A stretch of 63,236 bases of DNA, counting the filler, from Circinaria calcarea (taxonomy: Eukaryota), in the NCBI GenBank assembly GCA_051942165.1. It is 4 parts of 4 records of this genome, joined end to end, with 100 filler letters (N's around TTAATTAATTAA, not from the genome) between each part and the next. Parts side by side here need not be neighbours in the genome. Positions count along the whole stretch, not along the records: positions 1 to 15,781 come from JAVECS010000350.1; positions 15,882 to 31,656 come from JAVECS010000351.1; 2 more parts are not named here. The stretch is one strand, 5' to 3'. Both the position numbers and the translations under genes were made by a program. Below the pieces are notes generated by a model. The model saw nothing but the letters and a program-made list of their open reading frames with translations. It was not told the origin of the DNA and searched no databases. Of the stretch, positions 11,801 to 25,927 are shown one piece after another (position 1 is the first letter of the stretch; the number at the start of each line of letters is the position of its first letter).

Positions 11801-14800
11801 TGCACCGAGTTTGTCGGTGTCTTCACGATTCAGTTCGGGTAGGACCGTTAATTTGACCAATTGGAGATAGACCAGCTACGCGCCTCGACTTGAGTTGGAG
11901 TCAGACAAAGTCGATCGTAGGGATCGTCAGGCACCAGAGGGCACCTGGCTTGAAGTAATTGGCACGATGAAGCTGAGGGTCAAGACATTCGAACTGCAGC
12001 AGTTTGTAGGTAGAAGAAAGGATACTGTATACCGGGGAGGTGAAGTGATGAAGAAAGGTTGGTGGGCGGTGATGGAGGAGGGTAGTGGTAGTGGTGGTGA
12101 TGGTGATGAAATAATGAAAAATAGTACCGAGTAGTTCAGGAGGAAGGGCCATAGGAAAGATCGCGCCCTCCTCCTCCTTCGATGTCTCGTGGCGCACCCT
12201 GGGACAAACAAGCCTAGAATTGCCGTGATCGACGCCAGGGATCCGATGGATCTGACCAATAACTGGCTGAAACGGGGGACGAGACTGGAGATGGCTCCGA
12301 GAGATAGGCCCGGCAAAGATCGCGGGGCTGTTCTAGCATACGGCCGGGTCGCCTCACGATATGTACAGGGGGTGGAGACTTGTACTCCGGAGATGTTTGC
12401 CCTGAAGTTCGGGCATCCCCACGCGAGTCGAGCAGAAATATTCATTGCATGCTTCTACTTGCCAAGCCTCACCTCGTTGAAGAATACCGACTTTGTGCCC
12501 GTTGATTTTCCTCTCGAAGCACGTTGTTGGCAACGGTGTGGCAGTATGCCGACTCCACAGGGTCCCAATACCGGTATTGGGTCAAATCAATAAAGTAAGG
12601 TAATGACTGCATGTCCCTGATTCACATGGACAGTAGGGCCTAATCTTCTGTGGTCCGGGGTCCAATTACGGGACATCTTTTGTCCAACTGCCGATGGACG
12701 AGTGAGAGCTCGGCTAGCGGAAATGTTTAATCTAATTCTCCGAGAAAGTTGCAAACGGTTAGGCTGTCGCAGTCCATGAGACAAGTCGATTTGCGGGACC
12801 CATGGGCGGGAGATCCAATGTAGAAGACGACTCCGCACCGGAAAGGTCGTTTGCAGACAGGTAGTATGGGCGCCTGTCAACAATCCCCTTTATCCCGTGT
12901 CAACGCTTCTGTCGTGGGAAACTTGCCTCGGAAGACGATAAGCTGACGCTGGTAATTGAGTTTCAAACGACTCCGCTAGGTAGAGTGTTCCCTACCTAAG
13001 GTTTACACGGAAAGTGGGCTGCAGGCAGTCCGTTGTCACGCCAACTTCATGCTCGACAGGTTCCGCTGGCTGGGCTGGCTGGCTGGGCGCGCATGCATTT
13101 ACAGTACATGGAGCAATCTCCCGGGAAAGCCATGTGGAGTCATCACGTGATTCTCTCTAAGCCCAGCCAGGGGTAAATAAAGGCCCTACGGAGTAATATA
13201 TTTGCCGTTCTCCATTGCAATACCTTTAGGTAGTATCGAGACCCCTCGGCGACTATGGATTTCTTCAGTCCCATCACTACTATCTCCGTGTTTCCTATAT
13301 GAATTTTCTGGTCTTAGCGGATAATTCACTAGAGGAGAAGCTTTTACGTGAACTGAGAGGGCACAAATCCGTTACAGGCTCGAGAGTAAAAGACTACATG
13401 GGTAAGATGGGAGGAGGCTCCCTAGGATCTTTATCCCTTGGTTCAACCTCGATGCTCTCCACTTTGTATCAAGTCCCGTTGCATGCTCCAGCGTGTCTCC
13501 ATTAATGCAAAAGTTCCTCCTCACAGGAAAATGTCTGTCGTTGGAGCCCTTGGACTTCATTGGACCGCCCAAGAAGTCATCTTTTCAAACTCGAAGATAA
13601 CTTATCTCGCACCCAAACACTACAGGATGATCAGACTGTCGAAGGAATTATCAAAGTCTATCTACTCGATCAGAGAGTCGAGGCCAGAAAGTGTCACCTT
13701 CAATCCTCGGGAGGAGAGACATCTCCCCTCAAATCAATCGCATTCTCCTCCTTTGGTGTTATTCCTATCCTTGGTTCACATGCGTATACCCTTTCTTTAG
13801 GTCTGGGATTCTGTTTCAATCAGCTAATTCCTCCCGTCTGACCCCACGCTATGATGCTTCGCTCTTTACGCATGCCTCAAGGTCGCATGGTTCGCTGCCT
13901 ACCTAGATTTGTAGTTCTGCGGAAGGCAGTAACACTATCTAACCTGATATCCTCTTCTACCATAGTTACTGTTGGAGCTAGGAACGAGTTTCAGGAGAAT
14001 CTAGAGTGAACGAAACATCTCGTCCCAGTGCTTCCTTAGGAATACAGAACGTCAATAACCTGCTTACCCCTCTTCTGCAGCCTCTACATAAACCATCCGA
14101 AATCCGAACGAGAACGGATATGCCATACCGCTGCAATCCACATCCGTTTGCCTGTCCTTCTCCATAGCGACTACTACTTGTAGGTCATCTGTAAGCTCCT
14201 TTCCGCTGCGGCTGCTCTCAAAGTACAACCGGCGTACTATACGCGTCACTGATATAGGATGAATGGCGGATATCTCCGAACGCGATTGCCCATCTCCCGT
14301 GTCATTAATCATACATTCCCATCACTTTCTATAGACCTGCCTCTTCCCCTCCCACTTACCTAGGCATTGTTTCTTCCATCAACAGATCTATCAACGATCC
14401 TAACCGCAAATCGTTTCATGATAAGCACTTTAATGCTCATTTCCTGCGTTTCTTACATACAAATCTTTCTGCCTGTTTTTATGGTCGGCACAGCCTATTT
14501 CTACCATAATCCTTCAACACACAAGCACCTCGAACCTCGTGCCGGCCTCCACATCTCCGACCGATTTAGGAGCAATTCCTTCGGCTCATATTCCACTCAA
14601 GTTGGACTAAACACTCTGTGGTTTGTCGGTGCTTACAGAAGCGGTCCTTGACGCTTCTTAGCGGTAACCAGTAAAGCTCGGTGTCAGTTTCTCCTCCTAG
14701 CCCCCTAGCTTCACTTGGCTGAGCTTCGGTCATCCCATCAGCGATGATTCCAATGATCGACCATGTTCTAACTAATCGCGCCCTGCAGCAAAAGTTCCCA

Positions 14801-15781
14801 ATATCGTTTGGACTGCTCCTGCTGCGTCGATGGCGCAAGTTAGATGGATACTGCACGAGACCTTTCCGCATTTTCTGCTTTTCTCATGCCAAGTATCTGG
14901 CTATGGTTCTACGATATAGGCACTCCTTCCATGCTATCAATCAAACGATATCAAAATCTCCCTCGCCTTTTTCAATCACAAGCGCTAAACCATCAGGTTT
15001 CTCACCCACGTTACCTTTCCTATCCCATGTTTATTTCCCCCCCCCCCCCCTTCCCTCTCCACTTGCTCTCCTACATCGTTCCCCATCATCGTCACCTCTC
15101 CACCGCCAGAATTTAATAATTCCCGGCTCTCCCCGAGCGAGCCAAAACATCCACCACCCGCGTACCCCACAACCCTTATTTTGTGAATTTGGGCCCCTAT
15201 CCCCCCCTCTCCCTTTTTGGCCACGGCCTGCCTCCGCCTATCCTCTCCCTTGCCCACACCTCGTAATACCGGAACCCTCAAACTCTATCACCCCGGTTGA
15301 ATCGTCACAAAACGGCCAAAAGCTTCGCGCCGCAAAAGTCGTCCGGATCCCACCCGGATACTACGGGCCACCTCGCGCGCTGCGGCCCACCACTCGATCG
15401 TTCTTGGTCTTGTCATATTCCATTAACTAGAGAAGATACCCCAGTAGCTGTTATCGCAAACGAGCGATGATCCAAGGGGGGCCGCCATCACGCTCGTCCC
15501 AGTCATTTTTTTTAAAGCTGTTTGCTATTCTGTAGAAAAAAAAATCCTTCGTTTTTTTCGGAAAACAAGATGGAAAAATTTCTGCGAACAACGGGGGTTG
15601 GGGGGGGTTTTTTGGGCAACTGTACATTTTATCTATCGAAAAAGCTTTTTTCACAGTTTTAAGTTACCTTTTTCTGTCCAATTTTCATGCGCGGATAATT
15701 GGATGTTTTTTCTTTCTTTTTTTTCCCGGGTTTCCACCTCGGGCACACACAACACCCACCTCTGGCAATCTATTTATATCC

Positions 15782-15881
15782 NNNNNNNNNNNNNNNNNNN
15801 NNNNNNNNNNNNNNNNNNNNNNNNNTTAATTAATTAANNNNNNNNNNNNNNNNNNNNNNNNNNNNNNNNNNNNNNNNNNNN
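15782..15881. other. Artificial contig-joining spacer
   Basis: N44-TTAATTAATTAA-N44; the 12-mer gives stops in all six frames. Confidence 0.98.
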
Positions 15882-16325
15882 TCATTGAGCTTAGAAGGTT
15901 GGCGTCGATCTATTCAAGGGCCTGTACGATAGCTTACAGCTCTTCTCACAGGTTCATGGCACTACCGCAACACAAGAAACTTCCTCAGCCAGCTGAAGGA
16001 ACTACCTTCACGTGAGGAGTTAGAACGAGGGTTGCCTCGAGGGCTGGTAGGATGACGAACTTATGAGGAGCGGGAGTTTCCCATTGGGCATGCATTAGTC
16101 GGCGCCGGATATGGCTGTGGCATATACATTCATGAATTATGTAGAGGTCTCTATATCTGAGATAGCTTAGACGCGTGTATTGATCCTGCTATGCACCTTT
16201 TCAACCAGGCACGTGACAGGGTGAATCGGTTCTTCGCTTGAAATTTTGTATAAGGGAATCCTGACGTGACTGCTCCTTACCATTCCCACGTCCCATCTTC
16301 CCCAAACAGTGTTGAGGGACATGGC

Positions 16326-17282
16326 ATGCCACGGCACTTGATCCCTAACAAATCGGGAGTGCATCGCGCAGCATGTATGTAGCACATTCGTCGGATTGAA
16401 ACACTCGTTGCTAATACTCATGGAGAAAAAGGCATCTCTCTCTATCGCGCATTGCTCCGGCAGGGACCCAAGCTTCACCTTGACTCACGGCAACTCTTCT
16501 CCTTTAATCACATCGTGAGGGAGAATTTCAGTAAGCATGTCAAGATTTGCAGTCCTCGCGACATCAGGAATGCATTGGGGCTGGGCTATGAAGTAATTAA
16601 AGCGCCCCGGACGCTATACGACCCTCATTAACCATACGAACAGTCACTTCAGACCCTTAAAGCATTAGTCTCGAGCAACGGGGCTCAGTTGTCACGGCTC
16701 TCATGTGCTCTGACCCATTTTCAAGAACTCAGGTCCTCGAATACTCCATCAGCCGCTGCTCCGCAAACGTCCGCTATAGTAAAGAAAAAGGTGCCCCATC
16801 AGCTTATTATCAAGGCAAGACCCAATACGCCTTCCGTCCTCTCGCGTCCATTTCTTTCGCTATCAGGGCCTCGCCACGTTCCAAAACTTGTCAGTGCGAA
16901 TGGTATTCCGTTCCTCCGCTTCAAAAAGCCCCAATCACCGTATCTTAGCCGCATCATTCGCGACAAGGTCAAGCAGCATTCGAGGCGATTTGACCACCTA
17001 TACGACCTGGAGCACCAGATCGTTTTAGCTAAAGATGAGGATCATTGGGATAAGATATTGGATGAGACCTGTGGCTTGCGCAGGGAGACTGAAAACGGCG
17101 ATGATGTTCGCTTTACATCGTGGGCGACGGTTGTTCAACACGCTAGGGCTATTGTTAGCTGGAAGTTGAGAGAAGAGACTTTGAACAATGCCGAAACAGC
17201 CAGGAAAATGTACAGCATCATTGAGCAGGAGAAGACTTTGGCAGCAAGGGAGCAAGATCAAGGTAAGAAGGCCGCCGAGTAG
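16326..17282 (+). CDS. LYR-motif (complex I LYR family) protein, probably mitochondrial; 3 exons (16326-16374, 16432-16592, 16644-17282)
   Basis: Spliced N-terminus MPRHLIPNKSGVHRAACISLYRALLRQ; later PKLVSANGIPFLRFKKPQSPYLSRIIRDK. Two GT-AG introns with CTAAT/TTAAC branch sites. Confidence 0.75.
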
Positions 17283-17993
17283 CTCACTGAGCAAGATTCT
17301 GCTACACTCGTTAGTTTATTAGCATTTTCTAATGGCCTTTGATCATGCTTGATATACTCTGGTCGAATGCTTCTATAGAATCACGCTTTTCATACCAATG
17401 CTCATTTATGCCTCCACTCATACTTAGCAAGCTACCGTTGTTTTGGCTCTTTGATTCAGTCATCACAAGTCCCATGGCAGCTCCTATTGCTCAAATGAGA
17501 TTGTCCTTAGCCGCTGAAGCAAATTTCGACACTACAACCTAGGAAACAAGATGTCTCGATCAAGGCAAAGAATCACTTTCATTGCGAACGTTGGCTACTA
17601 ATAGATAATATTGGAGATTTCTGCAAAGGGGCAAAAGTGTGACTGCTACCGATGACGGTAGGTAGAGCTCAGTAACGACCCCTGTTAGCAGTCCGATCGG
17701 AATATGTTGCCACTGGCTAACATACCCGCCTCATTGATACAATACCGTTGTGAGAAAGCAGCAATTCAACTCAGTATCGAATTACTAGCAGTGATAACCT
17801 CCTCCAGTAGCCTTCAGGCAGTTTTGCAAATCCTATTCTCTTTCCAACAACCCTATCATTTACCATATACCTCACCACCTCCAAATCGTCTCAAAGCCAT
17901 AGTAAAAATATTCTGAACCAACCAGCTCTGTGCAAATACACAGAGCTTTAGTGTGAGAATAACCACCACTTGTGTTCGTGGTAGTCGCAAACG

Positions 17994-18878
17994 TCACTGA
18001 TGTATGGAGCGGTAAGACTGTCGATGGTATCGCCCTCTACTCCCGCGTGGAGAACCCGATGCTTGCATTTCCTCCATCACCACACCCAAATGACATACAA
18101 TATCCCAAGATATGGGACAAAGGCTTCTTACCCTGCCCCAGTACTTTTCACAAAAGTTCCCAGGCGATAAAGTCTGCCACGAAACGACGCAGGCCACAAT
18201 CCGCAGGAGCATCGTCACAGAGTTCCCTGTGGACATCTAAGAGCATGTCTAGATCCAGTTGGTTCTCGATGGTCCACGAACTTTGTGATAATAACGTTCT
18301 GAAGACTAATATCCATTAGTAGATGGGCCAGACAGTATAACTTCATAAGCAGCCTCCAAACGTCTTCATCATCCCATTGTCCCACGACCACGCTTTATAC
18401 AGCCATGTGATATACTTTTGCGCGATTGTAGGATAGATAGTTGGGAGGCTCATCTGGTTGGTGACGGTCTCGAGTCACCGGCCCCTGCATGCCTTTTCAA
18501 ACAATAAAGAGTATGCGCAGTCCAGCACGCGATGGACAGTAAAGGCCTTTATATTGGTTCCTTCCCCGGCCAGGACCTTGATTGTGTCGTTCATGTTGGC
18601 CCTATCAACATTAGCTGGTTCACTTTACTGGCAGTCCAGATTTGCGCTTACTCAAGGGCACGGGTGGTTTGGTATTCTATGTCCGTTGGATAGCACCCTC
18701 GAACACGTACTCCCTCCAATTGGCTGTCAATATCACTCGCATACTGAGTCAGGAGGTTCTCCAGTGAAAGACCGTCCTTTAAGATGCGATAGTTGTTGAT
18801 GCTGACTGCATCCTCTGTTGATGTAGGCACAAGCAGCCAATCCATAAGATCTGTCATCTCGTTCGAGCCTGTGGACAT
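17994..18878 (-). pseudogene. BTB/POZ-domain pseudogene
   Basis: After an intron the frame reads IKVLAGEGTNIKAFTVHRVLDCAYSLLFEKACRGR*LE..MSLP..YITWLY. After a frameshift it reads WRLLMKLYCLAHLLMDISLQNVII. TGA stands where fungal BTB domains usually have Trp. The 3' end is approximate. Confidence 0.65.
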
Positions 18879-19999
18879 GTTCAATTGATGGTGGGAGATG
18901 CTATTCGAAAGTACAACGCTGCATAAGTAAGGTTAGCGCCTGGTGCGATATTACGCAGAATCAACCTGCTCAAAGAAATCTAGGAATTACGAACCCTTAC
19001 CGGTGGACTGGATCTCTTGATTTGGAAGAGACTCGAACAGCCCATCTACTCTGAGAAAGATATGTCGAGTGTGGAAGGGATGATTCGTAAAGGATGTTAT
19101 CGACTTGAAAGATGGTAAGTAAATCTTTGGCTAAAAGCTGATGCTGGGTGTGTCTTATAGCCTTCAACAAATGACCAATACTGTGTTCAATAATTGATTC
19201 AACACTTCCTTCCATCCTTAGAAGCCTATAACACTTCGAGCACTCACCGGTCAAAACCGTGCTACAGAGAAGTGCGGACAGTACGCTTCTTCTGATACCT
19301 AGATCAACTGTAGCACCGTTGAATCTTTAGGGTATGTATGCTAAAGCCTCCCTTGCTGCTAAGTGAAGTTCGTCCAGTGGCACAATTCATAAGGATGTGC
19401 CTCCTTAGATGAGACTAATACTAATATTGTGGAAGTCCAGACAGTATCACTAATGACTTTTCGGAAGCAAAATTAAATGATTCCCTCGGCATACATTTAA
19501 GCTTCAATCATGTATAGTGATCGATTATGTTGCTTTTGTAAATGACTCCGCTTGCCTACGCTCAGATTTGATATTGAGTTGTATTCAATGGTCATGGTGA
19601 AATGCTTCTGGTCACGTTGTGCCTGAGCATTGGAAAAGGAAATTAGATAGGTTGAAGTTATCGAATTGCTATGGGATAGTCTTAACCCTGTAGCTTGCCC
19701 ACTTGATGCGGAGCAGCAAACGAATGAATAAAGGTTTCAAAGAAACCCTGCAGGAATGCTCTGAACAGAACATACTAATTCTCAGCGTTTGCATGAATTT
19801 AGCGTTTTTCAACAATTTCAGTGCTTACGCCAGAATATCGTTTGATGTCCGTGTTGTATCCCCTGGCCAACACTCTCGAACTCTGCAGACCGTTTTCGGG
19901 GAACCACGGACGAGCCGCTACCTCCATACCAAAGCCAAAGATCTTCTCATGATGAGTCGTGGGCCGGTATTTCATGCCTTACACGACTGGAATTGAAAA

Positions 20000-22900
20000 G
20001 AGGTAATGGTAATGTACTGTTCTCAAGTATCGTTTTCGTGGGCGGTAGCAAGGTTTCGCGCCTGGACGATAGTGGCGCTGCACTCGCTGATCAGAGACGG
20101 GGGAAACCTCTTTTCGTCAGCGTTTCAACGGCGTTTTGATGGGCTGCAAAACTCACGGTCAGGCAGCTCTTGTGCAGCGCGGCGCAAGAGTCGCACTTGC
20201 TCAAGGGCGTCTTATTATAGACCAGGCTGGGGTCCTCCGCAAGGCGTCCTGAACACCGCTGGCACATCGCCTCCAGTAATTCCGCCGGGGACAGGCTGTG
20301 CGCTGTGCAATCGGAGAATCGGGAGCTTGGAAAAAAATCACGTTCCTAAAATAGTGGTAAAGGGGCTTCTCTTTTCGCCTTATTTCTGGCTCCTTTGCTA
20401 AGATTATGGCTCTAGATAGATTGGCTCTTTCGTATATTCTTTTCTCCTGCCGAATTTTTTTTTCGAACCTTGTTCCTTGGTAGGTCTCCTCTTGTTTAAA
20501 CCATCTTGCCTGTATTCGATTCAAGGAACCTCGCATTCTCAATGGGTTAGGATGCAATCCTCTTCGCTCTCCTCGACGTCCTCGCGGCCTTCGTAACCCT
20601 CACTTAATTCCTGCATACTTGCCCAGATATCCCTTAACCTGAGTGTTATACTGTACCATAGGTAACAACTGCTGCTCGAATAGCGGGTGTTTACTCTGTG
20701 GCTGAGAAGGCTGACCGCTATACCCCTGGGTTGGTGGAACGTAGTGGTCGATTGCTGGCTGATTTATTTGTCAGTCAAGCGGCCTCTGCATAGCCTCACT
20801 AGTCGTATTATTCTATTGGCTTAGCTCTCGCTGGAGTATTATATATCGCAACTAACCCCCGTACCTGCATTTGAATTTTCAGGTAGTCCGTTACTATAAT
20901 AGCTTTTTCTCCTTTTTTTCAGCCGGTCTCGAGTACTTAGAGCATTAAGCTCCTTCTCATAATCGTCTCGTGCTCTCCGCAACACAATCACCATCTAAAG
21001 CTTCAGAGTTAGAACTCAAACCTCTGCCTTTGATGTTTGAACTCCGCTTTCACCTTGTCCGATTGCTGCTTTCTTTCCCTCTAAACTATCGATGGTCTCC
21101 TTCTTTAGTAAATTGTATTTAGCCGTAAGGATACTCGCTGCATGACATAGCGGAGGGGACATTTATCGCCTTGAATCTAGCACCGAAGTATTACCCACGA
21201 TTTTCCGTCTCAGCTGTCAATATTCATCTGCGAGATGACTCGCAAAACACTGCACTGCAGCACTCCAGAAACAGTTTGCCCCATCATTCAGGAACCTTAT
21301 CATGGCATTTGGCATAGCTACGGTCCTTGCTCCCGCCTTGCCATCCTGCTGCCCTAGTTACAAGGTTCTCACAGAATCCTGATATAGGATTTCTTATCGG
21401 CAATCTGTATTTTCCAAACGCTGAAGTTTTATTATGGGCTCTTAGGACTGCGTTTCCTTGGCTTGCGTCGAAGACGACTGGCTTTCTTCCGCGCGGTGCG
21501 GCGTTCCTTTGCCGATTTGGAAGGGGTGGCCCTAGCCTGGTGCGATCCATAGCAGTGGTGGTAGACTGTGATATTGGCCCTTTTTTACCTCGTAAAGAGA
21601 TTCTCCAATCCTGGAGAAATAGTAATGGAGCCGGATTTTTTTCTTCCTCTAACTTCGTGTCGCCCTTTATCGAAAGCCCTTCTCTGTTATATTCTATAAA
21701 ACGTTCACTTCGACACTAGATGCCAGTTGGAGATCATCGGCTACAGCAAAAAAATGTCGAATATCATAGCCGTCCGATACCTTTAATTTCTTGAGGTCGG
21801 ATCATTGCTGCTGCTATTAATTAAGATTTCTCCGTATGTTCCAGAGATGGGGTGCCGGCAAAGCACTCTTAATAGGAACATGAGCCACCGCAAAAGCTGT
21901 TCCACCGCTGGGTGATTCAGCAACCATTTTTGAGTTTTCCCGTAAAAGAAGTCTTACCCAGGCCATCCGAATATCTCTTCTAGGCTGGCTTACCGATATC
22001 GTGAAAGCAGCAGTAGCTAGCTTACCTGTTGCAGTACTGGCTTTGTGCTGGAGACGAGGCCAAAAGCCGCTTGATAAAGACAGTGGAGTTTCCATTTCAT
22101 CATCAGGATCCCCTTTAGCAGTCCCGGAAAACCTGCTCATCCCCCATAAAGAGCTCAACACGACCGACATAGCCCCACCCAAACGCGTAATAGGAAAGCC
22201 CGGACCATGAACTCCTAAAATCCCTTCCTTATATAGAAAAATAAACTCTGCAAATGAGCACCACTTTCGTAGGAAACATAACGCCTATATCTAAGTTTTA
22301 CCGATCTCGTCTCCCCTTCGATACAGACTAAAGCTCCGTATTTTGGCGAATTGCTTTATATTCTTTAGAAGTAATTAAGATCTCCGAATGTGTCGTTTAG
22401 CTTTCTGAACTCGTGTCCCCAGCCGTGGAACGCGATGGTGATGGTGAAGGCCTGAACGTTGCCGATTACCGCAATCCACCTTTCCGTATACTCAACATGT
22501 TACGGCATTGTATCAAAGATTGCTTTCTTTGCTACCGGTCGAACCCTGCTGCTTAGCTGGTGAAGAATCGACTTGGGTTGATTGCTAATATGGAGCTAGT
22601 TGTGCGGGTTTGGTTTAGCCTCTTGGGTGAAAATATGATGAGTGGCGACGATGGCTTGTTGGGTGAGTCCTTCCTTAGCGAGAACGCAGTTCAGGTTGAC
22701 AGCGGCTCCTCTTTCCGCAGTGTGTGGGGTGTGGGAGAGGTTGATGGCTGGTAATATTGCAGCCATTTACTGCATCTCAACGGAGTTTCTCGTAGCTGGC
22801 GTGCTGCGAGTTCCTCGGTGTCATGGTATCAAGCCGAAATAATAGAAATATCAAACCTAAACCCAAGAGGCCAGAGAGCGCAAAAAGTACAGAATATCAT

Positions 22901-25000
22901 AGAGATATAGATGTAAAAACACGAGTCTCGGTAACGGATATGCAACGGAAAGCACAGCAGCATTGTTATAAGCAAAAACAGTAGCCGGCCAACTCCAGCG
23001 CCGGAGCAAGCGAAGACTATCCTCCAGCACGTCGATATTGCCAAAGTAATAGACCGCTGGCATCATGTATTTCGAATATTTTGAGTTCTGGAGGATAGGT
23101 TAGAGGGCGCAATATAAGCCTTCGTTACGCTTGGAACAGCCTTGGGGGAGATGCCCGGATTTATCTTTTTTGAAACCAAGCAGTCTTCCTTAACTAGCGC
23201 CGGTGGGAGGTCATACGCCGAAATCTTAGTAATCCTATGCGTGTGTGCTCACTTTTCACCGACGGGTATATTGCTGGGTTTACTATTAATTAATTAATGC
23301 TTCCTAATCTTAAAAGTACGATTCCCTTTGGTGAATGCGGATGCCGTGAACTGAGTAAGCCAGTTTTTAAGATAAAGGTAACGAAAGGTCTCTTATTCGC
23401 GGCGGTATGCGGGTGGCAATTTGGTCTGAGAAGGTGTCGTCGCTTTACTCGTCGAGCTCCCTTGTTAAGGGTTATAGAGATCGGGATCTTCTCTCTAGGT
23501 TCCTTTTTTTAAAGATATAATAGGAAACCGCTGGAGTAATACCCAATAACTTTGGTTTTAAGCTGACGAACAAAGATGCTCCAAATCCTCAATTTCGTAT
23601 TCTAGCATATTTCCCCCAGTTTTTCTTCCAGGCTACTAGCTTAGACTCTTACGCGGCAAACAAGTACTTTGCTTTGGCTTCTTCGGTGAATATATGCTAT
23701 TATTTCTTGACCCGGTTACTCTCCAATCCACCACAGTCTTCGACGGTATCCAAAACCGTCGATTACTCGCCTTATGTATTGGTCGCTCGGACTTGCAAGC
23801 AAGCCTTTTTTAACCAAGGCTATTACTAGTACTCTTTATCGGAACGTAATAGCTTGTAAAGCCTTTATCCAAGCCCTAGTACGGATGCTATCACTTATAA
23901 TAACTGGATTCGCGAGATGGCGACGTCTATCCCACAATATCGTGATTGTATTGTTTCGTTTCATGAAATCATCCTCCTCTGCCGGCAGTTCCCGTCATCA
24001 TCCCGCGTCAAAGATTCCGGTAACAACTGGCTCAAAGCTGTCCGATAAGTTTAACCCATTTACGCCTGACACTCTTGCCTTCTAGTATTAGAGTAGTAAT
24101 GCCTGTCCAACAAGACTCAAATAACGTGCACAATAACCTGGTTGCTTATTGAATTCGAAACATCCTTGCTGTTGTAACGTATCAATCCTTCCGGCTTAAC
24201 CAGAGAAGTTTCTGCCATATCAGATGAGGGAAGGGCGTTGGGGCATGAACAGAGCCAGCATGACCTCGGATCGACAACCCCACTGGGGCATGAGGATGGG
24301 GAACCCAAGAAGGAGCAGCTCGAGGAGGAGGAGCAGCTTGAGGAAAAGCAGCCCCGGGAAGAAGAGAGGAGTGGCAAAAAGCCGGTGCCTTAGCTAGGGC
24401 TGTTCGGGGCAATATTGTACGGTATAGAGTATTAGAAAAATAAGTAGATTGTTATCTCCGAGTAGGATATCGGCATCCCAGCCATCTAAATTGCCGGAAA
24501 AGCTAAGAAATAATACAGCAAAAGAAAAGGACAGACCGTTAAAAATGGCAAAAAATGCCAGAGGATAGGCCAAGATATACATGCTATTTGGCGCCAAACT
24601 CCTTCCCCGGATCAGGAGCAAAGTAGATTAGCTTGCCTGACATCCTGAAGTAATACCTCTTCTTGGAACAAGAAGTAAACCTTCGATCATCGAATCTTCA
24701 TCCCTTTCTAGCCCGGTTTAGAGAAGTTGTATACTCGGAACCCACATCCCGACAGTCACTGATTAGTCTCGCAACTTCCCTTATACACATACCGGCACCA
24801 CATGTAAAACAGGAACCAGACTTGTCTTTCTGTATCTTAAAAGTACATCCCACCATCATGAATCGCAAGATGTAAAGTATTCTTCCCAAGATATTTGATA
24901 GCAGCGGGCTTCATTTCGTAAGGGAGCGAATTTTCACCAGTAAGAAGAGGTTGAGAGTGCCGAAGACGAGAGCTATGAAAGCGTGTATGTCGATGCGGTC
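20000..25000 (-). pseudogene. Decayed coding-like sequence (unidentified gene or element), RIP-like
   Basis: Minus-strand translations read as charged/coiled-coil protein interrupted by many stops; TpA-rich by eye; no ORF above about 130 aa. Boundaries approximate and family not recognised. Confidence 0.35.
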
Positions 25001-25927
25001 CCAAGGTTTACGACAACAAGATTCCTAGTCTACCTCTATAAAGACACAGTCTCTTGTGAGGAGTCCCTAGCTTCTTTATTCTTATGTTACTGAGACTCTT
25101 AAACAAAATATCATAATATACACCAAAAGCTCTTTCAGTCCCGCGGGTTTAGAGAATAGTCCTTTCGTCAATGTTACCCAGTAAAAAGCTAAGGAGACAT
25201 AACCAGAAGGAAACCATTGCTAGAGAAGCTAGGATTGGACAATTGACTGCTGCACTACATGAAAAAAGTAACAGTCTCGCCGTCCCATGGCTCAAGACCG
25301 ACGACGCTTACAATAACTTCTTTATTCAGGATGGCACTCTCGCTTTCATGCATCATATATATTGAGGGATCACCAGATAGAGATAATGAGGTTGTTATCT
25401 AGAATACTCAGTTACGCGCCTATCATTCAATATTTTTATAGCAAGGTATAGTGAAGCTAGATATGTGAATAGCATGATTATCGTAGTTTGCTGTTCCAGT
25501 TAGCTCTTCTAGTACGTAATACAAAATGGATAGGGGAAGTTGGAAAGAGATTGGTATGATTGTAATTGCAGCACACATGACAAAGAAACGTCGACAGTTA
25601 TAGATATTGGCCAAGGTTGCTGAGAGCGCATTGGTGCATGATTATTCACCTCAGGTTCCTAGCTTTATTCACAGCCAAGTCACTCCAGCCACTAAATAAG
25701 TATGCAGAGGTGTATACAACAGAGGGTTTACCAGCAGTAGGCCATCTATCAGAGGATTAATAGAAGTTTAAGTCTTCTTGGCGTGTAACGCTGCCAGGTG
25801 TCCAAGACATGTTAGTACAAAAAATGAGAGGTGTGGTAGTCGAGGATGATAAACATTTGCCGGGATAGTTGTGCAACTTGCATCATTGCATGATTGGAAT
25901 ATCCTGGTACTTTTCAATTTTGTCACA

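Noticed and set aside
13260..14950. Short ORFs upstream of the DENN gene
   Set aside because: No motifs, no consistent splice structure and frequent stops.
14960..15781. Pro-rich 228-aa ORF (14744-15430) and homopolymer-rich tail
   Set aside because: Many long C/T/A/G runs next to the contig end look like low-quality read sequence; no recognisable motif.
23286..23297. TTAATTAATTAA identical to the spacer core
   Set aside because: No flanking Ns; it sits in AT-rich decayed sequence and is most simply a chance match.
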